This document shows positions 17,362 through 27,834 of a stretch of DNA of 64,000 nucleotides, in pieces. The position numbers and the translations under genes were made by a program. The number at the start of each line of letters is the position of its first letter. The stretch's first letter is position 1. Where the stretch lies: the NCBI GenBank assembly GCA_034670305.1, contig JAXMNT010000006.1, positions 96,001-160,000 on the forward strand, read 5' to 3'. The notes under the pieces were generated by a model that saw only the letters and a list, made by a program, of their open reading frames with translations, was not told where the DNA came from and searched no databases. The DNA is from Deltaproteobacteria bacterium. Lineage in GTDB: Bacteria > Myxococcota_A > Polyangia > Polyangiales > Houyiibacteriaceae.

Positions 17362-19716
17362 TCAGACGTCCATGGCGAGGCGGAAGCCGAGGTCGGCGCT
17401 GATGTGGCTTTCGAGCATGGAGCCGCGGAAGCTGGCGAGGGAGCGGTGGGCGCGGGCGCTCCAGGCGCCGCCTTTGACGCAGCGGTGTTCGGGGTCGTCT
17501 AGATAGGGGGTGCTGGTCCAGTCGGCGACGCCGCCGGCCAGGTCGATGACGCCGAAGGGCGACACGTCGGTTTCGAACGCGCCGATGGCCTCGGGGCGCG
17601 GCTGTCCTTCGCGGGAGACGCGCATCTTGCACAGCGCGGGGTCGAAACGGTCGCCCCAGGGATACAGGCGGCCGTCGGCACCTCGGGCGGCGCGCTCCCA
17701 TTCGACGTCGGTGGGCAGGCGGTAGGTGACCCGGTCGCGTGCGCCGGCCCACGCGGCGTACGCCTCCGCGTCGAGCGCGCTGATGGCGAACACCGGGTAC
17801 TCCGGCAACCACACGTCTCCGTCCGCGTCCGCCGCGGGGATCACGACCTTGCCGCTTCGCAACTTCCAGTAGGGGCTGTCCGCGCTGGCGCGTGGTGCCC
17901 GCAGGAGTGCCGCTTCCGCGTCCGGCTGCGCACGCAAGAAGCCGAGGTAGTCCGCGCAGCTCACCGGCCGGCGACCGATCGCAAAGGTCGGCGCGAACAC
18001 CGCGCTCATGCGCTCCCGCAAGACCACGTCGTCGTCGCCGCCGAGGAGCGCCGGGCCGCCGTGAATGAGGGTCATGCCGGCAGGCAACGCGTCGGCGAGC
18101 GTTGGGTCGAAGGTGAGCCGCACCCGGTCGGAGCCTTCCACCCGCAGCGGCAAGTACACGGCGCTCTCTGCCGAGGGCGGTTTGGATGCGCGGCGCCACA
18201 CCAACCGGTACGAACCCGGCGAGAGATCCGCCGCGTGTTCTTCGATCGGTCCGATGGGCACGACGCCCAGCCGACCGCGCGCGGGTTCGAAGAGTTCGAC
18301 GTCCAGTGGCTCGGCGCAGTCGATGTCGATGTGGGCGACGTCGAAGAGACGCGCGCGCACCGTGTCGCCACCGATCGCGATCGCTTTGCTCATCTCTCGG
18401 CGGGCGAGTCCCGCGCGACCGGTCTTCAGGTGCCGTTCGCGCCGCCCGAGGTGGAGGTCGACGAGCTCGTCGCGCGCGCGGCGGCTCTCCGGCATGGCGC
18501 GCAGGGCGGCTTCGAGGGCGAGCGCGGCGTGGTGTTCCGCGTCGTCGTGTTGCTGCACGAGCTGCTCGAGATCTTCTTCGAGCAACCACAGCAGCTCCTT
18601 CTCGGAGAGCGGCGCATGGTCCGGGGTGTCGCGTCGGCGGGTCCGGAGTTCGGTCGCGGTCCGGAGAAAACTTCGCTCGAGGCTGGCCGCGAGCGTGCGG
18701 TGTTCGCGCGCTTCCGCGAGCCGCCGTTCGTGTTCCTCGCGCCGGCGTTCGTCGTCGAACCGGCCCTCGAGCCAGCCGTCCACGACTTCGATGAGTTCCT
18801 TCGCGGTCTGCGGCCGCTGGTGCGGGTCCTTCTGGAGGCACCGCAGGGCGAGGTCGCAGAGATCCTGAGGCAGGCTCGGATCCTTGTCCCGCGGGTCGGC
18901 CGGGATCTCGTTCATCACCGCGATGAGCTGCTCCGGCATGGTGTCTTTTCGAATCGGTACGTTGCCGGTCAGCAACTGGTACAGGATGCAGCCGAGCGAG
19001 TAGATGTCGGTGGGCGGACCCACGGGGCTGCCCGCGACCTGCTGCGGAGACATGTAGCGCGGCGTGCCGACGGCGGCGCCTGGCGCGGTGAGTTTGCTGA
19101 GCCCGCCTGGTCGAACGACGTCGTGTTTGAAGAGCCGCGCGAGTCCGAAGTCCGCGACGAGGAGCTCGTCGTTCGGCCCGAGGATCATGTTCGCCGGCTT
19201 GAGATCACGGTGTACGACGCCGGCTTCGTGCGCGGCATGCACACCCAGGCACGCATTCGTGAAGAGGCGCATCAAGCGCACGAGGTGCGCGCGCTCTTGG
19301 CCCTGCTGCATCGCGGCGAGCATGTCGGAGAGGGTGCGCTGCGGGAGCAGGGGCATCGTGTAGAACGGGCGCCCGTCCTTGAGGCGGCCGACGTCGTAGA
19401 TCGGGATGATGTTCGGGTGCCCGATCTGCGCCATCAGGCGCGCTTCGCTCGCGAAGCGGCTGACGCTGCTGGGGTCCAGCGGCGCTTCGGGGTCGGCGGC
19501 GCGCAGCACCTTCAGGGCGACCTCGCGCCCGAGCACCACGTCCTCCGCGCGGAAGACCTCGCCCTGGGCGCCGAGCCCGAGCTGCTGGAGGAACGTGTAG
19601 CGTTCGCCCTCGGGCACCTGCCAGGAGCGGGTGTGCTCCCCGGCCGGCATCGCGGAGTGCATCGTGCCCGCAAGCGCGTCGTCTCCCGGAGGCGGCAGTT
19701 CGGTGTCGTCCTTCAC
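17362..19716 (-). CDS. Ser/Thr protein kinase fused to an FGE-sulfatase (SUMF1) domain
   Basis: LGLGAQGEV, VALK, HRDLKPAN, DFG, GTPRYMSP; C-terminal RLPTDVEWERAARG..R.YPWG and GFRL. Confidence 0.93.
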   Translation of the reverse strand: MKDDTELPPPGDDALAGTMHSAMPAGEHTRSWQVPEGERYTFLQQLGLGAQGEVFRAEDVVLGREVALKVLRAADPEAPLDPSSVSRFASEARLMAQIGHPNIIPIYDVGRLKDGRPFYTMPLLPQRTLSDMLAAMQQGQERAHLVRLMRLFTNACLGVHAAHEAGVVHRDLKPANMILGPNDELLVADFGLARLFKHDVVRPGGLSKLTAPGAAVGTPRYMSPQQVAGSPVGPPTDIYSLGCILYQLLTGNVPIRKDTMPEQLIAVMNEIPADPRDKDPSLPQDLCDLALRCLQKDPHQRPQTAKELIEVVDGWLEGRFDDERRREEHERRLAEAREHRTLAASLERSFLRTATELRTRRRDTPDHAPLSEKELLWLLEEDLEQLVQQHDDAEHHAALALEAALRAMPESRRARDELVDLHLGRRERHLKTGRAGLARREMSKAIAIGGDTVRARLFDVAHIDIDCAEPLDVELFEPARGRLGVVPIGPIEEHAADLSPGSYRLVWRRASKPPSAESAVYLPLRVEGSDRVRLTFDPTLADALPAGMTLIHGGPALLGGDDDVVLRERMSAVFAPTFAIGRRPVSCADYLGFLRAQPDAEAALLRAPRASADSPYWKLRSGKVVIPAADADGDVWLPEYPVFAISALDAEAYAAWAGARDRVTYRLPTDVEWERAARGADGRLYPWGDRFDPALCKMRVSREGQPRPEAIGAFETDVSPFGVIDLAGGVADWTSTPYLDDPEHRCVKGGAWSARAHRSLASFRGSMLESHISADLGFRLAMDV

Positions 19717-19735
19717 GTCTCAGGTTCCTCGATGG

Positions 19736-19968
19736 TCAGCTCTCACGCAGCGCTTGATGGACCGCGTGAATGGTCGCGAACGACGGCTGTCCCGGCCTCC
19801 GTCCATGATGCCGAAGCTGTTGGCCGGGCTGACCATGGCGTCGGCTGGATGCTCGAAGTAGTCCCCTTGGGTGACTTCGAATCCCTCCACGCCCTCGAAC
19901 GCGTGACGCCAGGCGTGCACGAGCGGCGCGTGCCGGTCGACGAGCCGGATGGTGGGCAGCGGGCTCAC
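19736..19968 (-). pseudogene. Macro-domain (ADP-ribose-binding/hydrolase) gene with an internal deletion
   Basis: GTG start overlapping the upstream TGA; GDYF...DAMVSPANSFGIMDGG motif, then an abrupt end; another frame gives a plausible C-terminus PSFATIHAVHQALRES*. Confidence 0.75.
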
Positions 19969-22133
19969 GGAGGGCTGAAGTCGATGGGGGGGAGGACGGG
20001 GTCGGCCGCGGGGGGCGGGGCGTCGGTGCTGCCGGCTGCGCCGGTGGGGAGACCGAGGTCGCTCGCGATGCCGGCGAGCGCGCTTGCCCACGCGGAGGGG
20101 CCGGAGAACATGACGGTCGCGCCGTCCTGATCGACGACGGTCCGGGTGGCGGCTTCTCCCCCGGAGGCGACCAAACAGTTGGGCATCACGATGCCGGTCA
20201 TGCCGGCCCCGTCGAAGAGCTCGAGCGCGCAGCCTTCGGTGGTGCAGTCGCGGCCGATGTCGAGGTCGAAGTTGTTGGCGCCGGTTTGGATCGTGAAGTC
20301 GCCGACGTCGGAGGCAGCGCGGATCTCATCGGCGCGGGTCGCGTCGCGCCTCGTGCCGCCAAAGGTCGTTCCGAAGACTTCGCCTTCGGCGCCGAAGAAG
20401 CCGACCCCGACCCCGAGGTTGTTCGAGACGGTGGAGCCGCGCACCACGAGGTACGCGCCCTCCTTGGCTTCGAGTCCGCGTCCTTCGTTGTTCTGCACGA
20501 CGGATGCGTCCAAGACTTCGAAGCGGCGTCCACCGGAGACACGCACGCCGGTGCCGAGCCCGCCTTCCACGAGCACACCGGTCAGCGACGACGGGGACGC
20601 GCCTTCGGATCCGTCGATTTGCACGCCCACGCTGGTGGAACGGCGCACCGCGCCACCGGTCATCTGCAGGATCCCGAGCTCACCCGTGGCCACGCCGATG
20701 CGTGCCCCGGTGACGGCGGTGTTCTCGGCGGAGAGCAGGCCATCCTCGACGTAGAGCCCGACGAACCCGCCTTCGATCGCCACGTTGGTCACCGCCACGG
20801 TGCCGAAGTACGCGGCGATGCCGAACGAGGTGGCGCCCGTCACCGCGGCGTCTCCCGCCGTGAACGCGATCTCGCCTCCGGCGAACGCGATGGCGCCAAC
20901 GCTGGCGCCGGTGGAACGGAACACGGCGGTGTCTTGCATCACGAAGTCTCCTCCGAGCGCGGTGACGTGGATGGCGTCCGCGCCGGTGACCGTCAGCGAA
21001 CCGCGGAGGGAAGTCGTGCTGGCGCCGTCGGTGCCGCGGACCGTGACACCGAACCCATCGGCCGGTACGTCGAGCACGTTCGTGCCGCCGAGTTCGACCG
21101 TGCTGTCTTCGAAGATGAGCGCGGAGTCGGCGGCGGACAGCGACACGTTCTCGACCGTGGCGGCGGCGCAGTCCTTCAACCCGAACCCGATGCCTTCGAC
21201 GTTGGTCACATCGAGACCGTCGACCCGTACCTGGGAGGCGAGGATCGCGTTGATGCCGTCTTGCTCCGAGAACGCGTCGAGGTTCGAGATGGTGACGTTG
21301 GGGCCGATCTCGATCGAGGGGTTGTCGCTGCGGCCGTCCAAGAAGAAACCAGAGACGCCGCCGTTGATCGTCAGGTCCGCGAGCTGCACGCCGACGCCGT
21401 ACGTCCACACGCCGATCCCGAGTCCGTCGCCGAGCTCCATCACGGTGTCGTCCGAGACTTGGATCGTCGCGGGCGAGATCCCGAAGAGGGCGATGCGGCC
21501 GAGGCCGAGCGGCATGACCAGCATCGCCATCGGCCGGAACGAACTCGCGCGCACGTCGAGCAGGCCACCGATGACCAGCACGTTGGTGGTGCTGCGTTCG
21601 ATGCGGACCCGCTCGAGCACCCCGCCGTCGCGGAGGAAGAGCCCGATCTGACACCCGAGCAACGTGATGTCGCGGAACACGACCGGCGCGTTGGACTCGA
21701 GCAGTACGTCGAGTTCGACGGTTGTTTCGGGCGTGAAGGCGTTGGGGACCGGGATCGTGCGACACGCGCCGGCGGCGGCGGCGATGGCGGTGGTCATGTC
21801 CGGCGACACCGCTTCGAAGGTGACGGCCACGTTGATGGCTTCGGTGGGCGGCGCGTGTTCGCCGGGCTCGAGGCAGAACACGTCGCCTTCGGACGCCATC
21901 GACATCGCTTCGTCGATCGACGCGAAGGGCGCAGCGGGTGAGCCATCGCCTCCGGGGGCGCCCCCGCTTCGAATGCGGCGGCAGGGCGGCGGTGCGTCCA
22001 TGCGCGCGTCGAAGAGGATGCCGGTGTCCGGGAGACCGCCGTCGACACCGCCGTCGTCGTCGCCACACCCGAAGGCCAGCGATGCGGTACACAACGTGAG
22101 GATCGCGGGTCCGAGGGTGCGCACAAGCGACAT
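19965..22133 (-). CDS. Lipoprotein with a right-handed beta-helix (pectate-lyase-like) fold
   Basis: ...SLAFGC lipobox; GDGSPAAPFASIDEA motif; G/V/N-rich parallel beta-helix repeats; TGATG coupling to the upstream gene. Confidence 0.8.
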   Translation of the reverse strand: MSLVRTLGPAILTLCTASLAFGCGDDDGGVDGGLPDTGILFDARMDAPPPCRRIRSGGAPGGDGSPAAPFASIDEAMSMASEGDVFCLEPGEHAPPTEAINVAVTFEAVSPDMTTAIAAAAGACRTIPVPNAFTPETTVELDVLLESNAPVVFRDITLLGCQIGLFLRDGGVLERVRIERSTTNVLVIGGLLDVRASSFRPMAMLVMPLGLGRIALFGISPATIQVSDDTVMELGDGLGIGVWTYGVGVQLADLTINGGVSGFFLDGRSDNPSIEIGPNVTISNLDAFSEQDGINAILASQVRVDGLDVTNVEGIGFGLKDCAAATVENVSLSAADSALIFEDSTVELGGTNVLDVPADGFGVTVRGTDGASTTSLRGSLTVTGADAIHVTALGGDFVMQDTAVFRSTGASVGAIAFAGGEIAFTAGDAAVTGATSFGIAAYFGTVAVTNVAIEGGFVGLYVEDGLLSAENTAVTGARIGVATGELGILQMTGGAVRRSTSVGVQIDGSEGASPSSLTGVLVEGGLGTGVRVSGGRRFEVLDASVVQNNEGRGLEAKEGAYLVVRGSTVSNNLGVGVGFFGAEGEVFGTTFGGTRRDATRADEIRAASDVGDFTIQTGANNFDLDIGRDCTTEGCALELFDGAGMTGIVMPNCLVASGGEAATRTVVDQDGATVMFSGPSAWASALAGIASDLGLPTGAAGSTDAPPPAADPVLPPIDFSPP

Positions 22134-23308
22134 CACATCGTCTCCGCGAGACAGGTGCCCGTGTTGCAAGTCATGCCGGCGGGGCAAATCGACTCGTCCA
22201 TCGAGCAGTCGAGCAAGCAGAACCCCAGCATGGCGTCGGTGCCCTGTTCGCGGGTGAGTGCGCCCGAACCGTCGGGGTCGAGCACCCGGCAGACCGAGCC
22301 GTCGGGGCAGCCCTGGAGTCCATCGGGCAACGACTCCGCCGCGCAGTAGAGCGATGAACAGAACCCGCCGGCGCACACGGGGTAGGGCAGGGCGCTGCTG
22401 CACTGATCGGGTGCGGAGCATCGGTCGCCGATGTCGCCGCCGAGTTCCCGGCCCACGACGCCGAGGGCGCAGTACGGGCCCGTGGCGTTGCCGGTGGGAT
22501 CCGCTTCGGGCGGGATGCATCGGGTGAAGGGCGGGCACACGTCGTCCGGGTTCGCGCCGTTCGTTCCGTCGACGAGCGGGTCGCACACCGGCGAACACAA
22601 CCAGACCGCGACGTCCCAGGGCGCCCAGTACGGAATGCACTGCTCTTCGCCCGGACAGCCCACGATGTCGCAGTCGACGTGAATGCAGTGGCCGAGGGTG
22701 CATCGCTGGTCGGGCGCACAGTCCGCGTTGCCAGTGCAGTCCGCGTAGGACGCGGCGCCCGGCGTGTTGCCGTAGCTGCAGGTGGCGCGATCGACGTCGC
22801 ACTGTCCGAACGGTTCGTCACCCAAGCGGCCGCCAGGTGGATCGGTGTCGCGCACCATGCAGTGCGCGTCGTTGTCGCAGCCCCGCACGCAGATGCCTTC
22901 CAGGGCGCACGAGTACCCGGGCCGGCACCCGCCGTTGTCGTCGGCGTTGCGGTCGCAGGTCGACAGGCACATGCGCACGAAGTCGAGCGCGTTGGCGTAG
23001 GCGGGGCCGCACTTGGTATCGATCGGACAGTCCGCGTCGGTGTTGCAGGAGCGGGTGCAGTAGCCGTCGGCCCACGGGCGGGCGTCTTCGGGACCTTCGA
23101 AACACTCGAGGCCGGCCTGGCATCCAAGGCTGCCTTCGTGGGTGCACGCACCGCCGACGCCGAGCGGGACCGGGCCGACATCGACGCCTGTGCCGACGTC
23201 GCTGGTCGCGTCCGTACCGGCGTCGGACGCTGTGGTGTCGTCGTCTCCGCAGCCGGCCCCGGCCAGGATCCACACCAGTGCCATGCAGCAACGCGTTTGC
23301 TGGTTCAT
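22133..23308 (-). CDS. Cys-rich lipoprotein
   Basis: ...LAGAGC lipobox, DAG linker, many GYC...C..DADC modules. Confidence 0.8.
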   Translation of the reverse strand: MNQQTRCCMALVWILAGAGCGDDDTTASDAGTDATSDVGTGVDVGPVPLGVGGACTHEGSLGCQAGLECFEGPEDARPWADGYCTRSCNTDADCPIDTKCGPAYANALDFVRMCLSTCDRNADDNGGCRPGYSCALEGICVRGCDNDAHCMVRDTDPPGGRLGDEPFGQCDVDRATCSYGNTPGAASYADCTGNADCAPDQRCTLGHCIHVDCDIVGCPGEEQCIPYWAPWDVAVWLCSPVCDPLVDGTNGANPDDVCPPFTRCIPPEADPTGNATGPYCALGVVGRELGGDIGDRCSAPDQCSSALPYPVCAGGFCSSLYCAAESLPDGLQGCPDGSVCRVLDPDGSGALTREQGTDAMLGFCLLDCSMDESICPAGMTCNTGTCLAETM

Positions 23309-23458
23309 TCCCGAGCCTCCCTCACCGGGCTCGGGGGCACCACCTCCGAACCACCGAGCTTCTACCCCATGTCCGGCCAAACCATGCCACGAACGCGGCG
23401 CGCCTGCGTGGATTTCCCCAGCAGGCAGTCGGACCAGTCCGCTCCGCGGGCCGATGCG

Positions 23459-24724
23459 CTATTGGTTCATGTTCATGATCAGCGGGATCAACGCGCAGCA
23501 GCTCGAGAGCAGAAGCACGAACAAGGCGATCAAACAGCCGAGCGCTTGGTTGCCCGCCATGCGGGTGCCGGCCCGGGCGATGCCCATGGGCTGCGCGGCG
23601 AACCCGAGCCCGTTGACGCTGTCCGCGCGGTCGGTGCTGCTCCGGTCGAGGATCAGCGCCTGCGGGATCAGCTGGCCGGACTGGGGCGCCATGGCGTCGG
23701 GCGCGGCCTTCACCGCGGTTCCGATCGCGACGAGCTCCACGAGACCCTGCGCGATCTCCCGGATCTCGAGCCGGGTCGACATCACCCGTTCGGCGCCGAT
23801 GCGCTCGGCGTCCTGGCGTACGAGATCGAGACAGTTCTCGCGGGCTTCGTAGATGAGCCGCGTCACTTCGGGAAGTTCACCGCGTTTGATGCTCTGAAAG
23901 AGCGCGCCGATGCCCGCCGCCACGCCGAGCGAGTACACGCTCGTCGCCATCACGATCTGGTGCGGGACGTAGCCGATCTTGGCGAGGTTCCAGAGCTCCT
24001 CCCCGCTGAGTTCGCTGGTGACGACCTGCTGCTCGGGCACCTGCCCGGCGGAGAGCGCGTGGTGGAACGAAGCGGTGCCGGTGAGCAAGAGCTCCACCGT
24101 GCCCGGGCCGTACGGCAACATCAGGATGTTGGTGTCGACGACCGCATTGGCGCCGGCCTGCGAAGCTTCGAGCCGGAGCCGCTGCAGGGCGGTGTGGCGG
24201 ATCTCGTTGTACATCGACGAGTACTCTTTGACCTCGCCACGCGCCAACGTGCGGAACTGGCCCATCACCCCGCGCCCGATGCCGAGCGCGTAGGCGATGT
24301 TGCCCATCGCAAAGCGCACCGGCTGGTAGCCGGCGTCGAGCTGGCAGTAGAGGCCGATGCCAGACGCGGCGGTCGAGAAGAAGCGGCCTGGGCTCTGACC
24401 CGGCGCCGGATGCACGCCGGTGCCCTGAGAGAGGAACTCGGTGAACCCAGCAAGGCGCCCGAGCTTGCTTCGAACCCCCGTGACGCCGATGGCGCCGTCC
24501 CGCTGCGCTTCCTCTTCCATGCGCTGGATCGCCTTGTGGCGTCCTTCGCTGATGAGATCGGTGACCTGGCGAACCTCGCCACCCGCGAACGTGCGCCCCA
24601 TCGCGCCGAGCCCGCCCGCGAGGCCGATCGAGACGACGCTGTTGCCGACCACGATCTCGCCAGGCGTGAGCCCCTTCTGCGCCAAGCAGTAGATCTCGTT
24701 GCCGCTCATCCCCGAGATAAACAT
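23459..24724 (-). CDS. YbjQ/UPF0145 heavy-metal-binding-type protein with three tandem domains and a C-terminal TM segment
   Basis: Three repeats of GE[VL]......I.E.R..A..R[ML]..EA...GA..V...; hydrophobic tail. Confidence 0.85.
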   Translation of the reverse strand: MFISGMSGNEIYCLAQKGLTPGEIVVGNSVVSIGLAGGLGAMGRTFAGGEVRQVTDLISEGRHKAIQRMEEEAQRDGAIGVTGVRSKLGRLAGFTEFLSQGTGVHPAPGQSPGRFFSTAASGIGLYCQLDAGYQPVRFAMGNIAYALGIGRGVMGQFRTLARGEVKEYSSMYNEIRHTALQRLRLEASQAGANAVVDTNILMLPYGPGTVELLLTGTASFHHALSAGQVPEQQVVTSELSGEELWNLAKIGYVPHQIVMATSVYSLGVAAGIGALFQSIKRGELPEVTRLIYEARENCLDLVRQDAERIGAERVMSTRLEIREIAQGLVELVAIGTAVKAAPDAMAPQSGQLIPQALILDRSSTDRADSVNGLGFAAQPMGIARAGTRMAGNQALGCLIALFVLLLSSCCALIPLIMNMNQ

Positions 24725-24832
24725 TCGTTCTCCTGTGCCTCCGGTGCGCTCCCGAGGTCACCTCCCCAGCCGCGCGCCGCAGAGCCTACCACCGGCCGCC
24801 GCGCCCCGGCGCCCAGCATCCGCGGCGGCATC

Positions 24833-25100
24833 GGATCGGCGTCGGCGTCGGGGGTCGGAGTCGGGGTCGGCTTCGGCTTCGGCTTCGGCTTCGGCTTCGG
24901 CGTCGGCTTCGGCTTCGGCTTCGGCTTCGGGTTCGGCGTCGGCATCGGCATCGGCATCGGCATCGGCATCGGCATCGGCATCGGCATCGGCATTGGCATC
25001 GGCGTCGGCGTCGGCGTCGGCGTCGGCTTCGGCGTCGGCTTCGGCGTCGGCATCGCCTTCGGCTTCGGGGTCGGCTTCGGCACGGGCACGGGCACGGGCG
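24833..25100. repeat. Hexamer tract (TCGGCN)n plus (ACGGGC)3
   Basis: Direct reading; reverse orientation of the GCCGAN/GCCCGT tracts elsewhere. Confidence 0.95.
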
Positions 25101-25135
25101 TCTTCGACGTGCCGGTGTGTGGTTGCCCGGTCCGC

Positions 25136-25318
25136 TCAGATGTCGAGCAACGACTCGAGCGCCGTCCGCAGCGTGTCCGCTTGCTCGCGCTCCGGCGAAG
25201 ACGCCGGCACCGTCGCGAGCTGCGCCAGTGCGCTTCGGACCCCCTCGCGGTCGAGGGTGCGTTCGTGCTTCTGCCGGCCGAGCAACTCGGTCGCGGCTCT
25301 GAACGGATCCACCCCCAT
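25136..25318 (-). CDS. Small hypothetical protein (~60 aa)
   Basis: [13 protein letters not shown]...ESLLDI*; helical, GC3-biased. Confidence 0.45.
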   Translation of the reverse strand: MGVDPFRAATELLGRQKHERTLDREGVRSALAQLATVPASSPEREQADTLRTALESLLDI

Positions 25319-25433
25319 CCCCAGGGTACGAGCGAGTCGTGTTTGCAGATCGACACCGGGCGAACAGTCTTTGAAGGCCCCATGCCCAGTGTGCAGGGTT
25401 GTGCCGGTACGACTTCTGCTAGAACGGTTGTCC

Positions 25434-26387
25434 ATGACCCGTTTCCTCGCTTTGGTGTCGGTCGCAGTGCTGTGCCTGGCCTCTGCGTGTGGAAGCGCGG
25501 ACGACGCGCCGGTGTCCGACGCCGGACCCAACGACACCAGCACCCCGACCGATGCGTTCCAAGGCGACGCGCCCGACGGCGATGTCGTGTGCGACGAGTT
25601 CACGGGGCGGTGCGAGAACCGTCGCTGTCGGCGGCTGACGTACTTCGACGGCACGCCGGAGATGGGGCTCGACGTGCCTGGGTTCGTGGACGGCATGGAC
25701 GCGGAGTACGTGTTCGGGTTTCAGGGCGGCGTCATGATTCAGCCGGCCGTGCGGTTGCCGGACACGATCACCGGCGACGAAGTCTGCGTCGAGATCGAAG
25801 TCCGCCACACCGTCGACCCAGCGTTCCCGGACGAGAGCGGTGAGATCGACGGGTTTCCCTCCGCCACGTTCCGCACAACGCTGCAGACCGATGGCGCGGC
25901 GCTGCTGAGAAGCGAGCGGGTGGACGATCAGATCGGATGGCGCGCGGCCGATGGGGTGCGCATGCAGCTCGAAGTGATCGCCCGCGGCATCGACTGGGCA
26001 CGCACCAGCGGACCGATGTCGATCCGACTCGTCGACGCGGATGGATTTCAAGAGTGCGATCTCGTCGCCAAAGAAGCGCGCTTCGGGTGCATTCAGCACG
26101 TCGTGTCGGGCGACTACGAGGTGCTCGACATCGAAGACGTGCCGGGTTCGGCGTGCACCGATCTCGTCGACGTGACCCTCCAGATCACCTCCGACGTCGA
26201 GGTGCCCGAGATGTGTTTCCCGTCCATGCGGGTGCTCGAGGTGCAGCGCGGCTGCGTCGCCTCCGAGGGGTACGAGGTGGGGGGCACCGGTCGGGTGGAG
26301 TGGCGGTACGAAGCGATCGCGGGCTCGTGTGGTGGTGAACCGGCGGACGAGATAGGTGGGTTCCGGACCATGTTCTGCTGCAGCTGA
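25434..26387 (+). CDS. Hypothetical lipoprotein
   Basis: [19 protein letters not shown] lipobox, DAG linker, GFQGG motif. Confidence 0.75.
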   Translation: MTRFLALVSVAVLCLASACGSADDAPVSDAGPNDTSTPTDAFQGDAPDGDVVCDEFTGRCENRRCRRLTYFDGTPEMGLDVPGFVDGMDAEYVFGFQGGVMIQPAVRLPDTITGDEVCVEIEVRHTVDPAFPDESGEIDGFPSATFRTTLQTDGAALLRSERVDDQIGWRAADGVRMQLEVIARGIDWARTSGPMSIRLVDADGFQECDLVAKEARFGCIQHVVSGDYEVLDIEDVPGSACTDLVDVTLQITSDVEVPEMCFPSMRVLEVQRGCVASEGYEVGGTGRVEWRYEAIAGSCGGEPADEIGGFRTMFCCS

Positions 26388-26394
26388 TCTGCGG

Positions 26395-26614
26395 CGCTGA
26401 CGCCGACGGCGACGCTGAGGCCGACTCCGAAGCCGAAGCCGAAGCCGATGCCGATGCCGAAGCCGATGCCGGTGCCGAAGCCGAAGCCGACACCGACACC
26501 GAAGCCGACACCGAAGCCGACACCGACACCGAAGCCGACACCGACACCGAAGCCGAAGCCGACGCCGACGCCGAAGCCGACGCCGATGCCGAAACCGACG
26601 CTGAACGCCGATGC
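26395..26614. repeat. Hexamer tract (GCCGAN/ACCGAN)n between convergent genes
   Basis: Direct reading. Confidence 0.95.
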
Positions 26615-26620
26615 GTCTCG

Positions 26621-27664
26621 TCAGGTCTGGCGGAGTTTTCTTTTGTCTCGCCCGGCGCGGAGGCCGGCGAGTAGGGCGGTGGCGTTCTTGCCCAAATCGG
26701 CGGAGTGGTAGCCGCCCTCCTGCACCGCGACGGTGGGGAGGTGGAGGCGGCCGAGGAGCTCACCCACCGCACCGAAGTCGGAGGTCTCGAGGCCGAAACC
26801 GCCCACGGGGTCCTTGTGGTAGCCGTCGAGCCCGGCCGAGACCACCAGGTGCGCGGGGTCGAATGTTTGGATGGCGGGCACCACGATGCGCCGCACCTTC
26901 TGGAGGTACGTCTTGCCCATCGTGCCGCGGGGGAGAGGCACGTTCAGGTTGAACCCGATCCCTTTGCCGGCGCCGGTCTCGTGGGCGAAGCCGCAGTAGA
27001 ACGGGAAGAACTCACGGGGGTCGCCGTGGATGTTGATCACGAGCACCTTCGGGTCTCGGTAGAAGATCGATTGCGTCCCGTTGCCGTGGTGGAAGTCGAT
27101 GTCGAGGATGACCACGCGGCCTTTGCGGCGGAGCACGTGGGCGGCGACCGCGGCGTTGTTGAAGTAGCAGTAGCCGCCGAACGCGTCCTTCTGGGCGTGG
27201 TGTCCTGGCGGGCGACTCAGCGAGTAGCTCAACGGTTCGCCGTCGCGGACCGCGCGGGCTGCGTCCGCGGCACAGCCCGCCGACCAGGCCGAGGCCAGCC
27301 AGGTGTGGCGGTTGAGCGGCGTGCCGGCATCGAAACAGAACGCACCCGCCTGGCGGAGGTTGGTCGGGTCGCCGCGTCCGGCCATCTCGCGCGGAAAGAC
27401 GTGGGGGTAGAGATCCTCGCCGTCCGGGAGCTGCGCGGCCGTGTGGTAGAGCGTCAGCAGGTTGTAGGCGTGGATGCGGCGCAGCAGCGCGAGCGGGAGC
27501 TCGTCTGGCGCACGCAGCTCGTAGTCCGCTTTCCCCTTCTTGAGCTGTGCGAGGATGCTCTCCGCCCGGGCTGTGGTCTCCGGGTGTTTGATGCGTTTGC
27601 CGAACGCCCATTCGTAGCGGGGTTTGAACTCGAGCTGGGCGGGGTGGAAGTACGCGGGGATCAT
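26621..27664 (-). CDS. Zn-dependent histone deacetylase family protein (acetylpolyamine amidohydrolase-like)
   Basis: [36 protein letters not shown] motifs. Confidence 0.92.
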   Translation of the reverse strand: MIPAYFHPAQLEFKPRYEWAFGKRIKHPETTARAESILAQLKKGKADYELRAPDELPLALLRRIHAYNLLTLYHTAAQLPDGEDLYPHVFPREMAGRGDPTNLRQAGAFCFDAGTPLNRHTWLASAWSAGCAADAARAVRDGEPLSYSLSRPPGHHAQKDAFGGYCYFNNAAVAAHVLRRKGRVVILDIDFHHGNGTQSIFYRDPKVLVINIHGDPREFFPFYCGFAHETGAGKGIGFNLNVPLPRGTMGKTYLQKVRRIVVPAIQTFDPAHLVVSAGLDGYHKDPVGGFGLETSDFGAVGELLGRLHLPTVAVQEGGYHSADLGKNATALLAGLRAGRDKRKLRQT

Positions 27665-27834
27665 TGGGCGCGCACCATAGCCGGTTTGCTTCCTCGTGCA
27701 GACGATCGTCACGTCTCGAACACCAATGCCCATGTTTTGTGGAAAATCACGCCATCGATGGTCGTTTACCCCTGCAAAACAGTCCAATTGGCGCGGTCGG
27801 CTTGCGAAGTGCCTATTTTTGTGCATAGTCCGGC

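Noticed and set aside
16837-17506. Poly(AD), poly(MP) and poly(AS) ORFs across the hexamer tracts
   Set aside because: The tracts are stop-free in all frames by composition; no RBS or domain context supports translation
27788-27822. Sigma54 promoter in the HDAC/AblB spacer
   Set aside because: Plus-strand GG-to-GC spacing is 12 rather than 10; the minus-strand candidate deviates at several consensus positions
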